Origin: an uncultured delta proteobacterium | GTDB lineage: Bacteria > Myxococcota_A > Polyangia > Polyangiales > Polyangiaceae | Direction of reading: 5' to 3' | Length of the DNA: 64,000 nt | Assembly (NCBI GenBank): GCA_963716725.1 | Contig: CAVQUB010000004.1 | Span: 110,277 to 174,276, forward strand | Shown here: positions 30,501 to 39,505 of the stretch, piece by piece | How positions within the stretch are numbered: position 1 is the stretch's first letter | How the letters are laid out: each line of letters starts with the position of its first letter | Program-made: the position numbers and the translations under genes | Notes under the pieces: model-generated | The model's database searches: none | The model's input: only the letters and a program-made list of their open reading frames with translations | What the model was told of the DNA's origin: nothing

Positions 30501-32615
30501 ATGTCGGAGCTGTCCGCGCCGAGAGGACCGCGCCTGGGTCCCTATGTTCTCGGCGAGCGTCTGGGCAGCGGCGGCATGGCGGAGGTCTTCATCGCCAGCC
30601 GCGCCGGCCCCCGTGGCTTCAGTAAGCGCTTTGCCATCAAGCGCATCCTGCCGCAGCTCGCGCGCGACGCGCACTTCGTCGCGATGTTCAGCGACGAGGC
30701 GCGCATCTGCGCGGCGCTCTCCCATCCCAACATCGTGCAGGTCGTCGACTTCGGTGAGCAAGACGGCGAGCTGTTCATGGCCATGGAGTACGTCGAAGGC
30801 GTCTCCTGCGCCAAGCTGCTCCGGGCCGTCGCGTCGCAGCATACGCGAGTGCCCCTGGGCGCGGCGCTCTACATTGCGCACGAGGTGCTGCGCGCGCTCG
30901 CCTACGCTCACTCGGCGCGGGACGAGCAGGGTCGGCCCTTTGGCATCGTGCACCGCGACGTATCTCCGGGCAACGTCCTGCTCGGGCGCGCGGGCGAGGT
31001 CAAGCTGACGGACTTCGGCATCGTGCGAAGTGAGTTCATCGACCGGCGCACCAACCCCGGCGAGCTGAAGGGCAAGATCGGCTACATGTCCCCCGAGCAA
31101 GCGCTCGGCAGCGAGGTCGACGCGCGCAGCGATCTGTTCACCCTTGCCATCATCTTGGCCGAGCTGGTCATGGCGCGACCGCTCTTCCCGGGGCGGAGCG
31201 AGATCGAGATCCTGTCGCGAATCCACGACGCCGATCTGAGCGTGCTCGACCGACACGCGGCTGAACTGCCGATCGAGCTGGTCCGGATGTTGCGCCGTGC
31301 CCTGGCGCGGGCGCCCGCCGATCGCTTCGAGTCGGCGGAGGAATTCGCCGAAACTCTGCGGGCGGTGGCCCGCGGCGCGCACCTGCCGCTGTCGGACTCC
31401 GAGCTCTGCGTCTTTCTCTTCGACCTGGGGCTCATGCCCAAGGGCAGCGGGTTGCGCCCGGCGGTGGGCGCGGCCCGGTCCATTGTCGAGGCGCCGCGAC
31501 TCCGATCCGTTCCGAGCGATCGTCCCACCGAGCGTGCCGCGCCGAGTCGACGCGGGCGTTCGGCGCCAAGCGCTCGCCCACCGGCACCGGAGCCCAGGGC
31601 AGTCCTCCTACGTTCCGTGCTCAGCGATCGTCCCACCGAGCCGGGCATCATTCCGGACAGCTCCGCCAGGTTTCGGCTGGAGGTGCCCGAGGGACGCGCG
31701 GTCGGGCTGCTCGGCACCACGGATCTGATCGAGCTGGTCGTGACGGGGCGCGTGCCCCGCGACGCGCGCGTGGTCGAGCCCGGCCGAGCGCCGCGCCCGA
31801 TTGGTGAGGTGGCGCAGCTGGGTCGCCTCACGCGGCAAGAGACCTACGCGTTCGGCCTGCCCCCGTCCGAACACGCAGAGACCATGCCGCTGAAGGCGAG
31901 CGCGCTGCCCTCGCTGCTCTACTCTCTGGCCGCGCGGCGCGCGACCGGTCTGCTGGTGGCTCGGGATCGACGGCGCGAGAAGCGCATCTACTTGCGTGGT
32001 GGCGCTCCCGTCTTCGTGGCCAGCACCAGTCGCGAAGAATTGCTCGGTCGGCGCTTGGTGGCCCAGGCCCTGATCCGCACGGAGCAGCTGGGCGTCGCGC
32101 TGACGGACGTGGCCGAATCCGGCGGACACTTGGGCGTGACCTTGGTCGATCGCGGCTACCTCCGGCCGGCTGTGCTGGTGCGCGCGCTGCATTCGCAGAT
32201 CGAAGCGCGGGCCATTGAGCTGGGCACTTGGACCCGGGGCGAGCTCGCCTTCGACGCGGGCCAGCGCACGGCCCACGAAGCCGTGCCGCCGGCGCGGAGT
32301 CCGGCGGTCTGGGTCACGCGTTTGGTGCGGACGCAGCTGCCTGTTCGCGCCATCGACGAGGCTCTCGCGTCCCTGGGCCCCGTACCGCTGGCGGCGAACC
32401 CGTCGGCGCCCTTCGACTTGGACGCGCTGGGTCTGGATGCCGAGGAGACGTTGGTCCTCGCCGCCGCCATCGGAACCCGGTCCATCGCACATCTGATCGA
32501 TCGACTCACGCTCACGGGCACGGCGGCCGAGACCGCGCGACGCGCGGTCTACGTGGGCCTGTGCTCCGGGATCTTGGTGGCCCCCGGTTGGTCGTCGCAG
32601 TCGCCGAGGCGCTGA
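30501..32615 (+). CDS. Ser/Thr protein kinase with C-terminal DUF4388-like region
   Basis: GSGGMAEV, AIK, HRDVSPGN, DFG, GKIGYMSPE; TGLL..EKRIYLRGG. Confidence 0.93.
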   Translation: MSELSAPRGPRLGPYVLGERLGSGGMAEVFIASRAGPRGFSKRFAIKRILPQLARDAHFVAMFSDEARICAALSHPNIVQVVDFGEQDGELFMAMEYVEGVSCAKLLRAVASQHTRVPLGAALYIAHEVLRALAYAHSARDEQGRPFGIVHRDVSPGNVLLGRAGEVKLTDFGIVRSEFIDRRTNPGELKGKIGYMSPEQALGSEVDARSDLFTLAIILAELVMARPLFPGRSEIEILSRIHDADLSVLDRHAAELPIELVRMLRRALARAPADRFESAEEFAETLRAVARGAHLPLSDSELCVFLFDLGLMPKGSGLRPAVGAARSIVEAPRLRSVPSDRPTERAAPSRRGRSAPSARPPAPEPRAVLLRSVLSDRPTEPGIIPDSSARFRLEVPEGRAVGLLGTTDLIELVVTGRVPRDARVVEPGRAPRPIGEVAQLGRLTRQETYAFGLPPSEHAETMPLKASALPSLLYSLAARRATGLLVARDRRREKRIYLRGGAPVFVASTSREELLGRRLVAQALIRTEQLGVALTDVAESGGHLGVTLVDRGYLRPAVLVRALHSQIEARAIELGTWTRGELAFDAGQRTAHEAVPPARSPAVWVTRLVRTQLPVRAIDEALASLGPVPLAANPSAPFDLDALGLDAEETLVLAAAIGTRSIAHLIDRLTLTGTAAETARRAVYVGLCSGILVAPGWSSQSPRR

Positions 32616-32619
32616 GCGA

Positions 32620-33867
32620 TCAGCTGCCGAGGCAGCCGAGCAAGAGATCGACCTTCGCCGAGGCGTCGTTGGTCACGGTGGTGCACGAGTTCGGGCACAG
32701 GGTGACCTTGGTCGGGTTCGCCGGGTTGTCGTAGTAGTAGCCGTTGCCGGTGCAGGCGGCGGCGTTGGGGACTTGCGGGAAGGTGGTCGGCGTTCCGGTG
32801 CCGCCGGGCGTGTACTGCACTTGGACCTTGGTCCAATCGATGACACCTGCGTCGCTCTGTGCCGGCGTCAAGAGTTCGCAGGCCACGGCCTTCACGATGC
32901 TGTTGGCGATGTTGTTGAAAACTGCCGAGTAGTTCGTGTCGCACACGGGGTGGCGCAGGCCGCCGGTCAAGATGCTGAGGTCCTGGTACTGCGGTCCGGT
33001 GTTCACCGCCGAGGAACACTTGGTGTTGGTCTTGGGCTGAGTCGGCAGGAGCGGGGCGTTCACGCCGACGATCGAGTGGAAGACGTAGCCACGCTTGGCG
33101 GCCGTTCCGAAGTAGCCGGCGCCGGCGCCGCTGAGCAGGAATGCGTCGAACTGAGCCGCGGTCGTCGGGTTGGACTGATCATCAGTGACCTCGATGAAGG
33201 CCTTGAACGCGCCCGGTCGCAGGTTGGCTTTGATTTGGTTGTAGTAGGTGGTGTTCATGAACAGCGAGAGGGAGTCCGAGCTCTCGATGCTGCGGTTCAC
33301 CTGGAAGAAGGTCGGCGGTTTGTTCTGCCCGCAGGTGGCGGCGCCCAGCGGCGGCAGCACGCAGACTTGGCGTGCGGCGGTGGAGTAGGCCGAGTTCGCG
33401 AACATGATCACGCGGTAGTCGAGCTTGCTCGCCTGGATGATGTTGGCGAAGTTGCCGTTGACGTTGGCCTTGACCTGCGCGATCTCGGTGGCCATCGAGC
33501 AGGACTGATCGATGATCCAGATGATGTCCACCGGCGTCGACGTCGCCGACGCAGTCACCGCAGCGCAAGCGTCGTCTTCAGCTGCGTCCGGCGGGTCGTA
33601 GGGGAACGAGACGTCGGGGATGCCAGCGTCGCCTGGGCTGCCCGCGCTGCCCGCGCTGCCTGCTGCGTTGCCCGAGCCGCCAGAGCCTGCGTTGCCCGCT
33701 GCGCCCCCGCTCGACGAAGCTCCGGTACCGCCGGCGCCCGCGCCGCCCGACGCGACGGCGCCGGAACCTCCGGTGCCCGCGATGCCGCTGCTATCGCTGC
33801 CGCCGCAGGCGACGAAGAACAAGCCCGTGATCGAGAGACTGGTCAGGCCAGAGACAATCCAACGCAT
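32620..33867 (-). CDS. vWA-domain lipoprotein with Gly-rich linker and Cys-rich C-terminal domain
   Basis: FVAC lipobox, MIDAS DQSCS, VTDD, NGYYYD..LCP.SC..LLGC. Confidence 0.88.
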   Translation of the reverse strand: MRWIVSGLTSLSITGLFFVACGGSDSSGIAGTGGSGAVASGGAGAGGTGASSSGGAAGNAGSGGSGNAAGSAGSAGSPGDAGIPDVSFPYDPPDAAEDDACAAVTASATSTPVDIIWIIDQSCSMATEIAQVKANVNGNFANIIQASKLDYRVIMFANSAYSTAARQVCVLPPLGAATCGQNKPPTFFQVNRSIESSDSLSLFMNTTYYNQIKANLRPGAFKAFIEVTDDQSNPTTAAQFDAFLLSGAGAGYFGTAAKRGYVFHSIVGVNAPLLPTQPKTNTKCSSAVNTGPQYQDLSILTGGLRHPVCDTNYSAVFNNIANSIVKAVACELLTPAQSDAGVIDWTKVQVQYTPGGTGTPTTFPQVPNAAACTGNGYYYDNPANPTKVTLCPNSCTTVTNDASAKVDLLLGCLGS

Positions 33868-33931
33868 GTGCCCAGTTTATACGGCTTCGGAACAAAGTCC
33901 TTGAGCGCTCTCCGTCCCACACCTGCCCACA

Positions 33932-35203
33932 TCAGTTGACGTCTTGCAGGCAGCCGAGATCGAGCTGGATGTCCGCCCCGGGCTTCTTGGCGTCGTCACA
34001 CGCCGTCCCGCACAGGAAGATCTTGCTCTTATCGGCGCTGAACTGCCAGCCGTTGGCCTGATCGCAGGTCGTCGAGGCGTCCTGGGTGATCGGGTTGCCC
34101 CCGACGCTGACCTTCACGTCGTTGGGGTTGATCTTCTTGCCAGTGGGCGGCTTGGGCACATTGATCTCGCAGGAGAGCACCGTACCGCTGATGTCCTGGA
34201 GCGCCTTCTGGAGGTCGGCGGCGAAATTCGCGCTGGTGGTCATGTCGAAGTGGCAGTCCCCGACGTTGCCCGGGCTCGGGTTGTGGGTGCAGCTGGTGCT
34301 CTTCGCGGTGCCTCCCTCCCAGGCCACCTGCGACAGCAATGCGCGCGCGTCTTCGCTGCCCGGCACGCCGATCACGAAGGTGCGAATGTTGACCGAGTTC
34401 GCGGTCTGCACGCAGGGCTTCGAGTTTGGATCGTTGGGATCGCAGGGGCTGTTGAGCAGCTTTGGAAGCTCCCCGAGGGCGCAGGTCTCGAAGCCGTCGG
34501 TCAAGAGCACGACGAACAGATTGCCCTTCAAGGTGCCGGTCTTGAGCTGCTCGTAGAGGTGCGCGTAGGAGAGGATGGCCGCACCCGTGAGCGGCGTCTT
34601 GCCCTTCGGAGAGACCGTGCCCAAGAAGCCCTTGAGCGCTGTGACCTGCGTCGCGTCGAGGTTCCCGATGGGAACGTCGGGCGTCTGCGTCACGGCGCAG
34701 TCGCTCGCGGGCCGAGGGAACACCACCAGACCGGCGTTCGTGTTGCCACCGAGCGCGAGGCCGTCGATGGCCTGATCCAGCGCGGTCTTCGTCAAGTTCC
34801 ACTTGATGGGCTTGCTGGCGTCGGCGGGTGCGGGAAAGCTCTCGCACTGGGTCGACGACTGAATCGGCGGAAGGTTGCAGTTCATGCTTCCGCTGCGATC
34901 GATCACCAGCAGGAGGTTCGCTGGGACCAAGGTTCCCTTCTCGATCACGGAGGCGCAGGCGTCGCCTTGCGCGCCACCGCTGCCGCCGCTGGAGCCGCCG
35001 CCTCCGAAGTTCAGCCCGCCGACGCCCGAGCCGCCGGAGCCGCCCCCGCCGCCGGATCCCCCGCCGGCGCTGCTGCCGCCGGTGGCCGATCCGCCGCCGC
35101 CGGCCGTGCCGCCGCCGCCGTCGTCGGAGCCGCAGCCCCCAAACGCGAGACCCAGTGCGAGCGGAGCGATGAGCGTGAGGAAGGGGAGGCGACGCAAGTT
35201 CAC
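33932..35203 (-). CDS. vWA-domain lipoprotein (paralog)
   Basis: FGGC lipobox, MIDAS DRSGS, TP, LLTDG, NGWQF..LCG.AC..LGC. Confidence 0.9.
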   Translation of the reverse strand: MNLRRLPFLTLIAPLALGLAFGGCGSDDGGGGTAGGGGSATGGSSAGGGSGGGGGSGGSGVGGLNFGGGGSSGGSGGAQGDACASVIEKGTLVPANLLLVIDRSGSMNCNLPPIQSSTQCESFPAPADASKPIKWNLTKTALDQAIDGLALGGNTNAGLVVFPRPASDCAVTQTPDVPIGNLDATQVTALKGFLGTVSPKGKTPLTGAAILSYAHLYEQLKTGTLKGNLFVVLLTDGFETCALGELPKLLNSPCDPNDPNSKPCVQTANSVNIRTFVIGVPGSEDARALLSQVAWEGGTAKSTSCTHNPSPGNVGDCHFDMTTSANFAADLQKALQDISGTVLSCEINVPKPPTGKKINPNDVKVSVGGNPITQDASTTCDQANGWQFSADKSKIFLCGTACDDAKKPGADIQLDLGCLQDVN

Positions 35204-35240
35204 GGGTGGGCTCCTTGGTGGAACGGTTGGCAGGAGGATA

Positions 35241-36419
35241 TCACGAGCAGCGCGCGCGCACCCACGAGAGCGACTGACCCGAGATCAACCACAGCGAGAG
35301 GTCGTCCCCGCGGGTGGCGAGGGCGAACCCGGTGGCATCCGCGACGGCCATGGGGCTGGAGGCCGGCACTCCCGACGGGCCGAGCAGAGTGGCATACACC
35401 ACCCTACGATCGAGGTGCTGACAGCTCACCGGGGCGACCCAAGCGACGATGGCACCCTTCGAGAGGGGGCGTACGATCACGCTCTCGGGCGGGGCGGGGG
35501 TCCGGAGCTCGTGGCGTCTTCCGTCCGCGGACAGCACGAAGATGGGGAACTCCTCGCTGCCGCAGGGACGATCCGTGCGTTCGCCCGGGACGACGATGAT
35601 CGGATCGACGGCGATCGTTGCGTCGTAGGCGCCATGGGGCGAATCGAAGACGTGCTGCTTTTCGGCGCGCTCGGGGCCGACCGCGAAGAGCGCGACGTGA
35701 CGGTCACTCGCGAGCGCCCCGAGCCCGGTGCCGTCCGGCCGGACCCCGGCGATGGCGAGGGGGCGCCACGCTTCGTCGCCGCCGAGCTCGAGGTCGATGC
35801 GCTTCCAGGCGCTCGCTCCAGCTTCGGCTTTGCCGACGTGCCAGCTGCCCCCGGGTGCGGCCGCCCCGCGCACCAGGCTGCTCAGGACGACACACGTGTC
35901 GCCCTCGCAGGCGAGATCCGCGAGCTCGAGTTCGTCGCCCTCTGCCAGGGACTCGGCGCGCCCGCCGCCGCGCCAGAGCAGCGCGCGTCGGAGCCCGGCC
36001 GCAGTGGAATCGACCCAGGCGAGCACCCAGCCTCGGCTCGAGCGGTCCATGAGGGGCGGCGCATCGAGCTGGCCCCAGGGCGCTTCGCCGACGGTCGCCG
36101 TGGCGAACTCGACGAAGCCGGCGCGATTGTCGTGGGAAAGCGCCAGCGACTCGAGGGCGGAGCGCGGCGCGACGAAGCGGGCGCCGGGGTTGGGCAGCGT
36201 TGCGCGCTTGATGTCGCCCTCGAAACGGCAGCCCGCCGGCAGTCCGTAGCCCTGTGGCGAAGGCAAGGGGGCCAGGGACGGGTAGGGCACCTTGGCCGGC
36301 ATTCCGACGTCGAAGCTGGCGGGAGTGTGCCCCGCGTCGGTGGGCGCCGCCTTCGAAGAGCAGCGTTGGCAGCCCGGCGATGCCGAGGCCAGCAGCGCGA
36401 GCGCCCAGTGCCACCTCAA
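35241..36419 (-). CDS. Hypothetical secreted/lipoprotein
   Basis: TTG start overlapping the upstream stop; LRWHWALALLASASPGC. Confidence 0.65.
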   Translation of the reverse strand: MRWHWALALLASASPGCQRCSSKAAPTDAGHTPASFDVGMPAKVPYPSLAPLPSPQGYGLPAGCRFEGDIKRATLPNPGARFVAPRSALESLALSHDNRAGFVEFATATVGEAPWGQLDAPPLMDRSSRGWVLAWVDSTAAGLRRALLWRGGGRAESLAEGDELELADLACEGDTCVVLSSLVRGAAAPGGSWHVGKAEAGASAWKRIDLELGGDEAWRPLAIAGVRPDGTGLGALASDRHVALFAVGPERAEKQHVFDSPHGAYDATIAVDPIIVVPGERTDRPCGSEEFPIFVLSADGRRHELRTPAPPESVIVRPLSKGAIVAWVAPVSCQHLDRRVVYATLLGPSGVPASSPMAVADATGFALATRGDDLSLWLISGQSLSWVRARCS

Positions 36420-37010
36420 GCGTTCGATCCCAGGGCGAGGCGCATCACCGGATACTGAGCGAGATCGCTCGCGATGGCGAAACCACGTGATCGATACAGC
36501 TCGAAGGGCCCTGTCCAGAACTGCTCGGCGGCCACGTCCTGGGCGCGTCGCGGGAAGGCCTCGATGCTGGTGGCTCTGCAGAACGCGCGCTGACGATCCC
36601 GCGGTCGAGCAACGCGCCCGCCACGCCACGCCGGCGCCAGCTCTCGTCAATCAAGAAGCAGCCGATGACCCACACCCCGCTGCGCTCACCCTTCAGGGAA
36701 GGCAGCCCCTTGTAGAGTCGCTGCTCGAAGAGCTTGGGCAGGGCCATCGCGGGCGCGAGCTTCATCCATCCGACGACGACGCCTTCGGCATCCAGGGCCA
36801 CGATGCCGTGGGCCTCGGCGCTGCCTTCGGCGAGCGCGCCCTCGAATTCGGCGCGGCTGTCCTGCGGCCGATTCGCGCAGCGATCGAGCCAGGCGTCTTC
36901 GTCCCTGCGAAGTGCCACCAGCGACAGAAGCACGGCGACCCCGTGCGTTCGAAGAGCGCGACGAGGCCGGCAGCGTGGCTGCCATCCGCGGGCGCGGTGA
37001 CGACGCTCAT
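36416..37010 (-). CDS. GNAT acetyltransferase; two frameshifts (about 36902 and 36575)
   Basis: CFCRWWHF, VVGW, IGCFLI..RRRGVAGALL, IEAFPR..WTGP spread over three frames. Confidence 0.8.
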
Positions 37011-38467
37011 GCCGGCGGCCTCGCGCCACGAAAGGGGCTGGAGCGCTCGCAGGCCGCCGCCACGGACAGCAGGCGCTCTTCGCCGAAGGCCGGCGCGATC
37101 AACTGCAGGCCGATGGGCAGCCGCGACGACGTGAGTCCCACCGGCAGCGACAGCGCAGCGACGCCCGCCAGGCTCGCGGGCAGCGTGTACACGTCGGCGA
37201 GGTACATGGAGAGTGGATCTTCGACCCGCTCGCCGAGGGCGAATGCAGGCGTCGGGGTGGTCGGCGTCGCGATCACGTCGACCTGAGCGAAGGCCTGATC
37301 GAAGTCGCGCCGGATCAGCGCGCGCACGCGCTGGGCCTGCCCGTAGTAGGCGTCGTGGTAGCCGGCCGACAGCACGTAGGTGCCCAGCAGGATGCGCCGC
37401 TTGACCTCGGGGCCGAAGCCGGCCGATCGGCTCGCCTCGATCATCTCGTCCAAGGCGCTTCCGGGCGGCTCCTCCCGCAGCCCAAAGCGCACGCCGTCGA
37501 AGCGCGCCAGGTTGCTCGAAGCCTCGGCAGTAGCGAGCACGTAATAGGTGGCGACGCCGTGGTGCGTGTGCGGCATGCGGATCGGCACGACCTCGAGCCC
37601 GTCGCCTTCGAGGCGCGCGATGGCCGCCCGGACCGCGGCGGCGATTTCGGGCTCGAGCCCGTCGCCGAAATAGTCCTCGGGCAGACCCACCCTCAGACCG
37701 CGGGGATCGCGCTCGCAGGCGGCCTCGTAGTCCGGCACGGCGTCGGTCGCGGAGGTCGAGTCTCGGGGATCGTGGCCGGCGATCACCGACAAGAGCCGCG
37801 CAGCACCCCGCACGTCCCGTGCGAAGGGCCCCACCTGGTCCAAGCTCGAGGCGAAGGCGACCAGGCCCCAGCGCGATACACGCCCGTAGCTGGGCTTGAT
37901 GCCGACAATGCCCGTCAGCGCCGCGGGTTGACGGATGGAGCCGCCGGTGTCGCTGCCGAGCGCAGCGCTGACCATGCCGGCCGCCACCGCGACCGCGCTG
38001 CCCCCGCTCGAACCGCCCGGGATCGTGCGCTGGTCCCAGGGGTTCTTCACGGGACCGAAGGCGCTGTTTTCGTTGGATGAGCCCATGGCGAACTCGTCCA
38101 TGTTGGTCTTGCCGACGAGCAGGGCGTCCGCTGCCGCGAGGCGACTCACCACCGTCGCCGCGTAGGGCGAACGCCAGCCAGACAAGATCTTGGACGCGCA
38201 GGTGGTGGGCGAGTCCAGGGTGCAGAGCGCGTCCTTGATGGCGACGGGGACCCCGGCGAGGGGACCGAGCGCCTCACCGCGGCGTCGGCGCTCATCGATG
38301 GCGCGAGCTCGCTCGAGGGTGGGTTCTTCAGCGACATGGAGAAATGCATTCAGCGCGCGACTCGCCGCGATCTGGACGAAGCTCTCTTGCGCGACGGCCT
38401 CCGCGGTGACCGCGCCGTCTTGTACCTCGCGAGCGAGCTCTGCGATGGACATCGACAGCAGGCTCAT
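37007..38467 (-). CDS. gatA: Asp/Glu-tRNA amidotransferase subunit A
   Basis: GKTNMDEFAMGSSNE, PGGSSGGSA, GSDTGGSIRQPA, SSNLARFDG. Confidence 0.97.
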   Translation of the reverse strand: MSLLSMSIAELAREVQDGAVTAEAVAQESFVQIAASRALNAFLHVAEEPTLERARAIDERRRRGEALGPLAGVPVAIKDALCTLDSPTTCASKILSGWRSPYAATVVSRLAAADALLVGKTNMDEFAMGSSNENSAFGPVKNPWDQRTIPGGSSGGSAVAVAAGMVSAALGSDTGGSIRQPAALTGIVGIKPSYGRVSRWGLVAFASSLDQVGPFARDVRGAARLLSVIAGHDPRDSTSATDAVPDYEAACERDPRGLRVGLPEDYFGDGLEPEIAAAVRAAIARLEGDGLEVVPIRMPHTHHGVATYYVLATAEASSNLARFDGVRFGLREEPPGSALDEMIEASRSAGFGPEVKRRILLGTYVLSAGYHDAYYGQAQRVRALIRRDFDQAFAQVDVIATPTTPTPAFALGERVEDPLSMYLADVYTLPASLAGVAALSLPVGLTSSRLPIGLQLIAPAFGEERLLSVAAACERSSPFRGARPPA

Positions 38468-38757
38468 GACTCGTCCACGAAGGCCGGTACGGCGAAGGCT
38501 CCGTCCACCGAGCGGGGAGCGGCAGCGAGCGCTGCCTCCCTCGACAGACCGGGAGTCACGCGGTCGTCGCGCAGCGGCGCCGCATTGGGCCCGATGCTGG
38601 GCACCTCCGTGACCGCGCTCGTGTCGACCTTCCCGAGCTCGGCGACGTAGTCCACGATCCGGCTGAGCTCCGCCGCGAGCTTCGGCAGCTCGTCGTCGGC
38701 GAGGCGCAGCCGAGCCAATCGAGCCAGGCTTTGGAGCTCTTCTCGCGACACGGCCAT
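38464..38757 (-). CDS. gatC: Asp/Glu-tRNA amidotransferase subunit C
   Basis: LARLARL, LRDD, AP..DGAFAVP; overlaps gatA start. Confidence 0.93.
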   Translation of the reverse strand: MAVSREELQSLARLARLRLADDELPKLAAELSRIVDYVAELGKVDTSAVTEVPSIGPNAAPLRDDRVTPGLSREAALAAAPRSVDGAFAVPAFVDES

Positions 38758-38844
38758 GGGGCGCGGACCGTAAATCAAGCCGTTGAAGCAGGCCAGCGGG
38801 CGGTGCGACTCGCCACGGTCCCGACGGCTGAGGTAGAAGGGCCC

Positions 38845-39366
38845 ATGAGCGTCGAGCTCGCAATTCGTGAGTCGCAGGGCGGCGGCTGGGGGCCGCCCGG
38901 GGGCTACGGGCCACCCGGCTCGCCCCCAGGAGGCTATGGACCACCGGGGCCAGGTGGGTTCGGTCCGCCCGGCGCGCCACCTGGAGCACCGCCTGGGGCA
39001 CCCCCTGGAGCACCCGGGGGCTTCAGCCCGCCCGGACCCAAGCCCATCACGGGCGGCAAACAGACCATGGCCCTGCATGCCATGAGCATCGACCCGACCA
39101 CGGGCATGCCCAAGGGGGAGAAAGCCCCGGCGAGCACCGCCGCGGTAGTGGCCCTGGTGTGCGGGCTCCTGCTTTGCTTGGGGCCGCTCACGGGCATCCC
39201 TGCGATCATCGCGGGGTTCATCGCGCGCGGAGCCGCCAAGAAGGACCCAGCGAACGTTGGCGGCGGCGGCCTGGCCATGGCGGGCATCATCCTCGGAGTC
39301 TTGAATTTGCTCGGGTGGGTCGCGTACTTCGTCATCGCCGTGCTGGCCATGCTGCTCGGCGGCTGA
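38845..39366 (+). CDS. DUF4190-like membrane protein with Pro/Gly-rich N-terminus
   Basis: AVVALVCG..IPAIIAG.IA..GGGLAMAGIILG. Confidence 0.8.
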   Translation: MSVELAIRESQGGGWGPPGGYGPPGSPPGGYGPPGPGGFGPPGAPPGAPPGAPPGAPGGFSPPGPKPITGGKQTMALHAMSIDPTTGMPKGEKAPASTAAVVALVCGLLLCLGPLTGIPAIIAGFIARGAAKKDPANVGGGGLAMAGIILGVLNLLGWVAYFVIAVLAMLLGG

Positions 39367-39505
39367 GCAAAATTCGCACAACTCGCGCCACTGCCTCGCC
39401 GATGAGCGAAGCGTGCGCGCGCAGAACCCCCGCTCTCGACGCTCCGCGAGCGGTGGCGTAGGCTCGACTCTGGTGTCCGGCCGCCCCGCGCGGCTGGCTC
39501 GACGC

